Both the position numbers and the translations under genes were made by a program. This document shows positions 38,289-49,278 of a DNA stretch of 64,000 nucleotides, in pieces. Under the pieces are notes generated by a model, which worked only from the letters and a program-made list of their open reading frames with translations, made no database searches and had not been told where the DNA came from. The stretch's first letter is position 1; every line of letters starts with the position of its first letter. Location: the NCBI GenBank assembly GCA_024679065.1, contig JAGIQG010000048.1, forward strand, positions 62,001 to 126,000. The letters are read 5' to 3'. The stretch is from Sphyrna mokarran (lineage: Eukaryota).

Positions 38289-38642
38289 ACTGCAGAGGGA
38301 ATTCAGCATCTTCCTCCGTAACCTGAAGGTCATCGTCTGCTTCAAATGCAATATGATCGACTGTGGTCAGAACCAAACTATAATCGCCTTTAAATAAAGT
38401 AACACAAAGCATTTCACAGTAAAACTTCACAAACTCACGGATATACCTGGTGAGCTTTTCACCGACTTTATATTCATTGGAGTGTCAGCAGGAACGACAC
38501 TCCAATATGTTAGTCTTCTTAATATTTCTGACAGACTGTGTTATAGAAACATTTCGCATTAGAGCAAAACTAATGGTCCATTTGAAGTGAATATTGAACA
38601 GTAGGACTGAATGCAGTTTTTGTATGGCTTTGTGTCACTGTG

Positions 38643-38658
38643 ATACTATATAGTGGGT
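38643..38658 (+). other. IGHD: IgH diversity segment D1 (ATACTATATAGTGGGT), 5' 12-RSS 38615-38642 and 3' 22-RSS 38659-38696
   Basis: AGTTTTTGT-12-CACTGTG; CACTGTG-22-ACAAAAACC. Confidence 0.94.
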
Positions 38659-39015
38659 CACTGTGCTGTGAAAAACGACATCCTCATACAAAAACCTCAG
38701 AGGGACATTGCTTACAATGCCACTGCCGAATGCCAGACTAAATGAGGGTTCAACAAAATAATAGGTAGAAACAGCATTGTTTTTTGTTTTAAGATGTAAA
38801 ATGCTTCAATTTTATTGTTGTTGTTGTTTTGCACGCTGAATGTGCACAGTGTAAAAGTTTCTAATTCCCCTTTATCAATATCATGACCAGTAAAAATTGA
38901 AATATCTCACTCTTACCGAGCTGGAAACAGGCTTTTGAAATTGCAGTGAAATTAATTATCTGCATTTTACAGTTAACAGTCTGTCTCAGTATTTGTCATG
39001 CTGTGTCTCACTGTG

Positions 39016-39028
39016 ATAGCTGGTATAG
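39016..39028 (+). other. IGHD: IgH diversity segment D2 (ATAGCTGGTATAG), 12-RSS on both sides (38988-39015, 39029-39056)
   Basis: AGTATTTGT-12-CACTGTG; CACAGCA-12-ACAAAAACC. Confidence 0.93.
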
Positions 39029-39381
39029 CACAGCAGTTAGTGTCAATACAAAAACCCCTCAGCACTGATTGATTGAAGCTGGATCAGTGTCACTTTTAAA
39101 TTCCAGCTTTAATCACAGGACAGTATTATTTATATCCAGCACAGACCACCTGAGAAAAATAAACATGGAAAATCTTGATAATTTCTCAATTATTAATTGG
39201 TGTTTTCGATAACACGTTCATGAATTACTCTGAAATATAAAACATTAGGGTCATTTATAAATATCAAATGGTAGCCAGAAATCCCAAATTATAATTTACT
39301 GAACATTAAATGACTTTGTTTTTCCTTGGGTTTGTGGATATTTAAAATAATGGTGCTTGCGTGTCTATTTAGTGCAGAGAC

Positions 39382-39420
39382 GGTTATTGTATGACACAGC
39401 CCAGGGAATGTGACACTGTG
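39382..39420 (+). other. JH 23-spacer RSS
   Basis: GGTTATTGT-23-CACTGTG. Confidence 0.94.
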
Positions 39421-39468
39421 ACTACTTCGATTACTGGGGACAAGGGACCATGGTGACGGTGACTTCAG
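39421..39468 (+). CDS. IGHJ: JH segment (YFDYWGQGTMVTVTS)
   Basis: WGxG motif, upstream RSS, GTAAG donor at 39469. Confidence 0.97.
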
Positions 39469-42400
39469 GTAAGAACCATCACTTATTGAATAACTGGTTT
39501 AAATGTGTCTTTGTTTTATAATTTTTATCCGTACTAATAATCCATTTGGTAACATAAATATGCGTTCGGTGGATTCTCCGTTGAGAATTTTTACAACGTT
39601 TTCTATGATTCTGCTGCAAAGGGGTTTTAGAATTCCGCTCTTCCTTGACAGTGGGTGCTGCTGAGGGCTTCAATCCCAAATTGTTGTGATTTTGTGTTTG
39701 TCTGTTGAGGTTACTGTGTGGCTGGGTGACTTTACAAGCCGAACATCTGTTAAACAATTCAGCGTTTCTGCAATGTTTAATCTTGGTGACATCTGGTGGC
39801 TACGGGTTGTACAAGTGTTTGAAATTTAAACCTAAACTTAAAACCAAAATCTCATTTCTAAATTGATCCAGTGAAAATGTTCCCCTCTCTCTCAATGCTG
39901 TCCAATATTTCTGCTTATTGGAAACATTGATTAGTTTGGTGGTGGGCGAATTGGCTGGAATTTACAGTAAACATTTCTGTAAATGTTACATTTCTTTCTG
40001 CTGGAAGTGTTTGCAGAACTGTGCTGCTTCTGCATGAAGCGGGGTTCAGTCTCTCAGTGGTGAGTTTGTGCCTGAGTGACTTTAAATACGTAAAAATTGT
40101 GACTTAATTTGGTGTTTCTGCGTCGTTTGAGCTCAGTGAGACTGAATTGTGACACGTTTTGTGATTGAGTACAAACATACTGCTGTTTGCCACTGCTTGA
40201 CGCAGAACTGCAGACAGAAATGAAGCAGGCTTTATTGTATGCCTAGTTTTAAAAATCTTTAGTGATAATGGCTTACACCACTCGTTCAGAACATAGTTTG
40301 TCACAGTTTGGGGTATCTGCAATGTTTAATCTCGGTGGCATTTGATGGCTGGAACTTCTACCATCCAAATGTTTAAATATGTTTGAAATATGACCCAATA
40401 GGAATAAAATGTGATAAAATTTCAGCACTAATTTGTTGGGTGTATTCTCGCAATGCTATTGCTATTATTCCAGATTTCTGTTTGATTTAATAATTAAGAG
40501 CTGGTTTGCTAGATTCGATATTGAGATTTTTATTTTGCAATGTTACATTTGATTGTGTTGAATAGATAATTGAGCTGCTTTTCTATGAGACGGATTCATT
40601 GTGTTTTGTGTTTCTGTGGAGGAGATTCTGTGGGTGGGTCACTGTGAATGTTTAAAATGTGTGAAATGGTTTAGTTTTGTGGCACTATTGCTGCTGCGTT
40701 GTTTAAATAGTGTTTTAACGGTGCCGTTGGGAGCTTAGATGTTTTCTGGTTGAACACAAACAATCTTTGAGTTTGAAAATCCCTGTCGGGAGAAAACAAG
40801 CAAGTTTGGGGGAAAAAACCCGGAAGAGATCACAGCGTTTTTATAAAGTTTAACAAATTCAAGTAAATCATGACTTATTCGCTCATTCGGAGACTAAATC
40901 GTTGCTGCAAATACCAACTTTTCATTAACAAGTTTAATAGTAAAATTAATATAAATCAGAGAATCATTAATTGGTAATATAACTCCATATTCATCACAGA
41001 TTATTTTACATTGAATTAGCAAGAATCCCCTTTAATAGCTTTGCTGTGTTCATGCAATTAACATGATCAGAACATTTTCCAGACAGGAAATATTTTGGGA
41101 CAATTCCAGAAGCTATTTGAATGATAACACGCTGTTTTCACAGCAGCGCTCAGTTGAACAAGATACTTTGCATTAATGGTTATATCCCAGATTAAATTCG
41201 CATTCACTGGAATACGAGTTTTGCAGAATAATTTCCTTTTTGGAAAATTTTTCTATCCGATTATAATTTTTTCTATGCAATTGCAGCCAGACGATTCGTT
41301 CTCGGTATTTTTTAATTAGATACCGAGATAATTAATTACTTATCTCATCTCAATTTGTGAATTGGTTTGGCTTCCCTCAATTGTTTTTGCATTGTATCAA
41401 CTCACTGAGCACTTCGGACTAAATGAAAATAAAATTGCGTTTGAATATTCTTGTAGGGAAAAAGCAGAAAAGTATTGGAAAATAAATATGTTAGGGCATT
41501 TTATTCATGTTAACTGATGTTACATATTAAACTAAAACATGAATTACAATTCACTGTATCTCTGTTAGGGACATTACACTACCCTGAATCTCTTATATTT
41601 GAAGTGCTCATTTTAGAGGAAAAAAATTGCCCAGTTTTTGGGATTTGAGACAGTCGGGGAGAGAGTTAAAAGGCAAAGGGAATTTTAAAATGAACATTGG
41701 GTTAATTTAAAATGTTTATTGATGATTTTTTTCTTTGTTGCAATTTGACCTTTTGATCAGATAGAATCAAACAGTTCATAAAAAATTGACAGACTGAACA
41801 GTTTTCTGACAGACGGAATTCGCTGACACAAGCAAATTTGTTACATGATTGTGTTTGAATTGTAGTAAAATGTCAACAGAAACTGGCTACAGTGACAATT
41901 AAATGGTTGAAATTCAAGAAGATGATTTTATATAAAAATAGTATGATATTATAAATACCATAAAAATAATATTAGCTCTGCACTTAACAAGTCTCCCATT
42001 AATGCTAAACACAGAATAGAATTACAGCAAGAATAAATGACAGAATGGAAGAATTCATACTAACTGAAGCTTATGTTTAATTCTTATTAAATATTATAAT
42101 GAAAAAAGGTCCAGACTTATATTCTGCATCGTGTTTTTAGCATTAGAGGATTTGAATCAGTTGTTCTCTGTGTTTGCAATGTTTAATTCAGATCCTCTTT
42201 AATTAATGTGTTCCTCAATTTAATAATTTAGACCATCCATATAACATAACAGAACTATATGGATGATCTAAATTATTAAATCTGGGAAGCAGTATTATTG
42301 ATTTCAAACGGCCAGACTGTTACAGTCTATACAAACTCAGAAGTATGTGTTTTTAACACCTTTAAGACATATCTAGTAAAAGTGTAATATTCCATTTTCA

Positions 42401-44104
42401 ATGTGATTAGATTTAAGTAAATGAATGTTTCTGTTCAGTAATTTTAAATCTCAATTTTCAACTATAATTTCATGTAACCTAATTATTTAACAATGTTGGG
42501 GGCAGAAGCAGGTTTTTGAATGATTGAAAACTCATTTTATTACAGAGTACAAAACAGCTGGCAGGAAAACTAATTGACAATTAATGATAACTTAAAATGT
42601 AATATTGATGCTGATTAATTCAAAACAAAAGACCTTGAATATTGCAATAGCGTGCAAAATATCATCAGTTTTAGAGAATATTTAATTGTACCAAAATGAA
42701 TTCAAAAACAAACCATTTCTTTACTCGGCTGTGCTCGGCTTGATAAAGTGTTTTGCCTTGATTAATTTGTTGATTGGATCTAATTTCTTAATGTAATGTA
42801 AATGTTTCCCAGTTTGTTTAATTCTTACTGTGTTGGGGGACATTGAACGGAGTTGAATCTGTTATTTTGGCTCATTTTCAGCAAAATTACATTTTTACAT
42901 GAAGTTTTTGAGAAGTGACAAAGGCAGAGAGAAATAATTAAAGGTCGAGAGGAGTTCTGAAATGAATATCAGTTTAATTTAAAATAGGTTAATGATTTTC
43001 GGTTGTTGTAAGTTGACCATTGATCAATTCGAATCCAACAGTTTGAAGGATATTTACAGATTGAAGAGATCTTTCTGAACCGTCGGTGTTTGTTCTGTTT
43101 CTCTGAGCTTGGGTCACTGTGTTGGGACCAGGAATGTGTCTGACTGGTTAAAAAATCTTATGGTTCCTTCTGCTGTATTTCAGGAAGTGAAATTCTATTT
43201 ATTTCTTCAATAGACTTGTATTTGTGAGAAATGTGCCTGCAAGACTCAGCAAGTCAGAAATTAGATCCCTGAAGCATATTGTGATTGTCAGAGGGAGCAG
43301 AAACTTCAGATTGTAGAGGGAGAATTGGATGATTTTTAAGCAGTAGTGTACCAGCCTTGGGAATGTTCGATGACCAAGTTGAAAGTGAGATTTCCTATGT
43401 TGTGCTCAGTACTACTGCAGTCCCTGAACTGTTTAGGGATAGTTGAAGGGTCAAATTCATTTGTATCTTATTTTTAACCTTCTAAAGGCATTTTCGAGCC
43501 ATTTGCTCGGCCAGAATTTTTAACCTTCCCTAATTTTTCCTTCACAAAGTGAAGCATCCTTGAATAACTGCAGTCCATATGTCGCAGGCATCCGCCCTGC
43601 TGTTAGACAGGAAGTTCCAGGATTTTGCCCCAGCGATTGTGAAGGAACTGAGATCTTGTTCCAACTCAGGAAGGTGTGTTATGGAGGGGAGTTTGCAGGT
43701 AGTAGTGTTCATATGTAGCTGCTGCCCTGGTCCTATTGGGATGTAAAGGCAGCGGGTTTAGACAGTGTATTGTATGGAGCCTTGGTGAGTTGCTGCAGTG
43801 CATGTTGTGTATAATACACCCCGCTTGTTAGTGATGGAGAGAGCAAATAGGATGAATGGGGGCCGGGCGGGGAGAGGGTAAACTTGTGGGTGGCTTTACC
43901 CTGGATTGTGTCAAATTTCTTGAGGATTTTACAAGTTTATCCCCTTGAGAAGAGAGGAATGTATTCAATTGTGACTGACTGGTAAAAAATGTTTTTCCAA
44001 CTCTTGCCCTGCAATCCATACTGTGCTCGCTTGACAACCTCACTTACTGGATGAGTGTGTGTGGAGTGAGGGTGCTTTTCCAGACTGAATCAGCCAGATA
44101 GAGA

Positions 44105-45845
44105 TTTACACACTCTCCCACACGTAAATAGCCACATACACACACTCATATTCTCTCACACACACATACTCACACTTGTTGTCTCTCTCACACACAACTA
44201 TACACATTCTCTCTCTCTCTCGTTCTACACACACTCTCAAATCTGAATACATACTTACACTCGGTCGCTCATTCACCGTCTTATGCTCAACACACAAAAC
44301 GTACAAACAACCACACGCGTTCTGCCTTACACACAGACACTCTCTCACAAACAGTCCCTCACATTTTCGCTCTCTCTCTGTGTCCCACACTCTCTTATGT
44401 ATGTTCAAGCTGTCTCTCATTTTTTTCACACACGCTCTTTCACAATTCCTCTTGCACACACATGTCTCTCTCTTTCATACACAAACACCCATGCATATAA
44501 TTTATCTCTCTTGCACACACTCTCTCACACATTCTTGCCCTCGCACACTGGCTCTCTTACAAACACTCTCTCTCAAACACACACTCTAACACACCCTCTT
44601 AAACGCAGACACTGGCTCTCACAGAAGCAGATGCGTGCACGCATTCTCCCTCTCTCTCACACACACACACACACTATCTCTTTCACATTCCCCCTTCTGT
44701 ATTCTCACTTCCTCTCTCACTCATTCACATGCTCGCTCTCTCATACAAACACACACATTCTCTCTCTGTCAAGATAGATTTCTTTCTTACGCTCACTCCC
44801 TTAAACATTACCTCACACATGCACAATCTTGCTCTCAAACACTGTCTCCCACAAACAGCCTCTCTCACACATGCACACACTCTCTCCGTCTCACACACGG
44901 ACACAAATGTGAACACAAACACTCCACCTATCACAGACACATGTTCTCACAACAGTTACTTCACTCACACATCCACTCTGTTTAATTTTCACACTTTCTC
45001 TCTCACACACATTCTCCCTGCCTTTACACACACACACACTGAAGAACACAGACACACTCTCTCACACATAAAGAATAACTCATTAAACACACACTCTCTT
45101 TCTCACATATCACATTCTCACATATCCTGTCTCTCTTCTTGGACACACAGACCACTGTCTCCTACACACATTTACAAAAACACTCATATGCCTGACACAC
45201 ACACATATAAACCACACACAACCTCTCTCTCTCACACCTAATAAACATCTCTCTCTGCCTCACACACAATCAACCACATTGCACACATCTTTCTCACTCG
45301 GGTGCAATCCCTTGCACACTTTCAGACACTCATCAAACTATTATTTTGTTTCCCAATAGGTACTCCCTGTCTCTCATGAACACAACAGTCTCTTCAACAC
45401 ACACATACCCTTCCTCTCAAGCACACACACCCTGTTTCACAGACAGACTTTATCTCCTATAGACACATTTCATTTCACATTAACACACACTCAATCACAC
45501 ACTGAAGAACTATCTCTCTCAAACCCCACCCCATACACTCTTCCCACCTCCTCACACACACATGCACACTTTCTCCACCTCTACACACACACTCTCTCAC
45601 ACACACTTTCAAGAAGGGACACCCTGACATAAACAACTGTTCAAACACATATTAATTCTCACACACATTATCATTTCACACACACTTGCTCTCATGTACA
45701 CTCTCCCCTCTTGCACACACAGCCCACTGTCTCTTGCGTGTGCCAACATGGTCTATCACACACAGGCACTATAACAGGCACATTATCTCTCTCTCACACA
45801 CTTACACCCACACACCCTCTCTCACACTTTCCATCTCACATACGT
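44105..45845. repeat. Degenerate (CA)/(CT) low-complexity tract in the J-C intron
   Basis: About 1.7 kb of imperfect ACAC/TCTC runs with very few G on the + strand. Confidence 0.9.
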
Positions 45846-45864
45846 CAGTGACAATTTTTGATAA

Positions 45865-46150
45865 CATAGAATAGAATCATAGGATCCTAGAGCAGAAGGG
45901 GGCCATTCGGCCCATCGACTCTGCACCAACAGCAATCCCACCGAAGCCCTATCCCCGTAACGTAAAGTATTTACAATTCCCTCTGACACCAAGGGGCAAC
46001 TTAACGCGGCCAATCAACTAAACCCCGCACTGTGGGAGGAAACAGGAGCACCCGGAGGAAACCCAAACAGACACAGAGTGAACTTGCAAACTCCACACAG
46101 ACGGTGACCCAAGTCAGGATTTGAACTGTGAAGCAGCAGTGCTGTGCCTC
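45865..46150 (-). mobile_element. HE1/V-type SINE
   Basis: TGTGGGAGGAAACAGGAGCACCCGGAGGAAACCC core; ATAGA-type tail at the left end. Confidence 0.78.
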
Positions 46151-46389
46151 CCCACCCCCTCCCGTAACATTTGAATGAAGTGGGATCGAGGAGTCTGATT
46201 AATATTCAAGTAGATAATTTTCAGCGGGAAATTCTTCGGTTTGGAGTCATTCTTAGCACAAAGCAAGATGGTAATGGTTGTTGGAGGTCAAACATCTCAG
46301 CTGAGATATCACTGCAGGAGTTTGGCCAGGGACTGTTCTGGGACCAACAATCTTCTATCGCTTCATCAATGGGACATTCCATCCAATAT

Positions 46390-46737
46390 TAGATTTACAA
46401 GGATGTTGCCTGGATTGGGGGACATGCCTTAGGTTGAGAGAGCTGGGTCTCTTCTCCCTGGAGAGACGAAGGTTGAGAGGCAACCTGATAGAGGTTTATA
46501 ACATGTTGAGAGGAATAGATAGAGTGGATTCTCAGAGGCTATTTCCCAGGGCTGAAATGGTCGCTGCCGTCAGTGGTGGTAGAGGCGCACTCGCTGGGGT
46601 CTTTTAAGAGACTTCTGGATGAGTACATGGGATGTAATGGGATTGGGAGTTACAGATAGGTCTATGACCTGATAAATATAGATATGATTGGCACAACTTT
46701 TGGGCTGAAGGGCCTGTTTGTGCTGTAATGTTCTATG
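46390..46737 (+). mobile_element. CR1 LINE 3' fragment
   Basis: [25 protein letters not shown] codons; TGTTCTATG tail. Confidence 0.85.
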
Positions 46738-46944
46738 TAACATCATGCACCCTAACTCAAGATCCTCAATCATTCATCCTCACTCAAACACCTTCCCTCA
46801 CTCACCGTCACTTACCCACCTTCTGTCATTCACACACCACCACTCATCCACTCTCTCGCATTCAATCACTCACTCCCCCGCACTGACATTCCCTCACTCA
46901 GACTCACTGAATCTGTGTGGGGAGGTCGACAACGAGGCCAAAGA

Positions 46945-47510
46945 AAGAGCTCAAGTAGCAGTTTGGGGATCAAATGTTAGAGCTGCCCTGGGAGAGTAGA
47001 GAGCTGGAGGGAATCGCTGGGAGCTCAAGGGCCAGGGGATAATGGCAAAGAGCCAGGCAAGGACAGGTGCTGAGGGGAAGGGGAACAGAGAGCGGGGGGA
47101 AAGGCCACACAGCCGGAGGAAAGGGCAGAGAGTAAGGGGAAAGAGTAGAGAGACCAGGGAAAGGGGAGAGAACAAGGGGGAAAAATGGGGGCACGATAAA
47201 GGGGCAGGGAGGCAGAAGAAAAGGCAGAGAGCTGAGGGAAAGGGCAGGAGAGTCAGGGGGAGAAGGTCAGAGTTGTGGGGGGGGAAAGGAGACAGAGGGT
47301 CAGGAGCAAGGACAGAGAGCTGAGGGAAAGCATAGGGGACTGAGGGAAATGGCAGAGAGCCGGGGGAGAGGGCACAGGGCAGTAGGGAAGTGTAGAGAAC
47401 CAGGTGGAAGTAAAGAAAGCCAGATGGGAGAAAAAAGAGGCACCACGAGAGGCAGAGAGCCGGGGAAAATGGGCAGAGAGCGGGTGATGGATGGGCGGAG
47501 TGTGGGGGGT
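46945..47510 (+). repeat. G/A-rich low-complexity tract with GAGCT pentamers
   Basis: Strongly purine-skewed; GAGCT at 46947, 46980, 47001, 47021, 47229 and 47317; many G runs. Confidence 0.85.
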
Positions 47511-47796
47511 TTCAAAATAGAGCAAATACCACAATCAGCTCATGTGTAATCTCAGTGAATGATGGAGGAGGCTTCAGGGCCTGAATGGCCAACTCTTGCT
47601 ATTAATGTGTGATCCTTCAATGTTGCATTTATTTGAATCTGTAATCGTGTTTAGAATTTCCTGATCATTCAGTAAGTATTCATTCCAAAGGTATTTTTGA
47701 AGCAAAGTCACTAATCTTTCTGTGGAGTGAGAGGCAGTGAGTTGGAGAGAGGGAGGGACATCAATCAGTTTGAACACAGGCAATTTCCAAAACTAG

Positions 47797-47906
47797 TGTG
47801 GAGATGCCGGTGATAGGTTGGTGTGGCCACAGTAAGGAATCTCCCAACACCGGGTTAAAGTTTATTTGGAATCACGAGCTTTTGGAGCTCCTTCATCAGG
47901 TGAGTG
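47797..47906 (-). mobile_element. Penelope-like terminal fragment with a degenerate hammerhead-like motif
   Basis: Minus strand CCTGATGAAGGAGCTCCAAAAGCTCGTG...AATAAA; similar to 2648-2790. Confidence 0.55.
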
Positions 47907-48451
47907 GATGATCTGAATGAAGAGAACTTCTTCATCACAAAGTGCTGTTGTTTGAGAAACAAATGGTTACAAATAATAGAGAGAATCTTCCTGTTCTCTA
48001 TTAATCCAATGAATGAGACGTCATTTAGAGACTATTAGAATGTTTATTTCCTTCTGAATTTGATGGAGGCGGAGACAGGGATTTGAGTTCCTACAGAGAT
48101 GACGATTCCCAAATGAAAGAAGTAACATAATCTCAAAGGTGGATGGAAGTTTCAATGGAGAAATGTTGGGATAAGTTCAGAATGGAACATAGAACATTGC
48201 AGTGCAGTACAGGCCCTTCGGCCCTCTAATTCCAATCAACGTTCAAGATAGAAGCAGGAGTAGGCCATTCGGCACTTTGAGCTTACGCTGCCATTCACAG
48301 AGCTCATCAATATCCTGATCATGCCTATTTCCCATATCCCTTTCTCACCAAGAGCTATATCTACTATAGAAACCTACTTGTAACAAGTTTGTTGACTGAA
48401 TAAACACAAATAAGAGTCTAACTTGTTCAATTGGCTATTTTTTTTTCCTAG

Positions 48452-48751
48452 CAACACCATCTTCACCCACTGTCTACAGCCTGATCTCCTCCTGCGGGCA
48501 ACAGAGCTCCGACGGCTCCATCACCTACGGCTGTTTGGCGATGGATTACAATCCAGATGTCTCCAAACTGACCTGGAAGAAAGATGGGCAGACCATCAAC
48601 TCTGGGTTTAAGACTTTCCCATCAGTGAGAAACACTAAGGGAACCTACACCCTGAGCAGCCAGTTCACCATCAGCGACTCATCGGGAAAATGCCCCAATA
48701 TTGGCTGTGAGGTTCGACATCTTGACTTTTCCAAGACCGTTCGAATTCCAT
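48452..48751 (+). CDS. IGHM: IgM constant exon Cmu1
   Basis: ATPSSPTVYSLISSC...YGCLAMDYNP...TWKK...YTLSSQF...GCEVRH...VRIP; phase-1 acceptor TTCCTAG, donor GTAAGT. Confidence 0.95.
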
Positions 48752-48963
48752 GTAAGTGTTGTGCAGCTTGTGTAAAAGAGAAACACTGTGGTTAACATGT
48801 CGGGCTTTGGTTATAACTCATTTAAATCGATGTGCATAATCAGGCCCTCTGGATTGGTCCGGTTAGTGTCTATTGACTGCAAATGCGTTAGTAATATAGA
48901 CAAAAGTTGAATTGATCCACATCATCTGCAGGAAATGACTAATATGTTTTGTTTTTCCTGAAG

Positions 48964-49278
48964 GCCCTCCGCCTCCTATCCATCCAACCGTTATCCTCAC
49001 CGTGAGTTCCAGTGAACAAATCTCAAGCAGCAAATTAGCAACCATGGTCTGTTCAATCTTCGATTTCCAGCCAGGATCAATGACGGTGAAGTGGCTGAAG
49101 AATGGACAACACGTGGATTCAGGAATTGTCACTGTTGCCCCCTGTGAAGTGAACGGGAACTTCTCGGCCAGCAGTCGGTTGACAGTCTTCGCTGGGGAAT
49201 GGTACAGCAAAGCGGTCTATACCTGCCAGGTCACTCATGACGGAGTCACCCAGAGTCAGAACATCAGCGCATCTCAGG
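48964..49278 (+). CDS. IGHM: IgM constant exon Cmu2
   Basis: [13 protein letters not shown]...VCSIFDFQP...KWLKNG...YTCQVTH...ASQ; AG/GT in phase 1. Confidence 0.95.

Larger units (their letters stand above)
24335..39412. repeat. Right arm of the large inverted segmental duplication
   Basis: Reverse complement of 1-17313 apart from indels (left-only 8062-9340 and 12108-13802; right-only 30623-31301). Confidence 0.95.

Noticed and set aside
37945-39468. Germline-joined (pre-rearranged) VDJ, or IgNAR/IgW identity
   Set aside because: V, D1, D2 and J are separate with intact RSS; V has full FR2/CDR2; four C domains with mu-type tailpiece and TM indicate IgM
44106-45241. Long His/Thr/Ser/Leu- or Cys/Val-rich ORFs (also 53387-54060)
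   Set aside because: Products of (CA)/(CT) low-complexity DNA
47042-47549. Gly/Arg/Glu-rich ORFs
   Set aside because: Translation of the purine-rich tract; no splice or domain support
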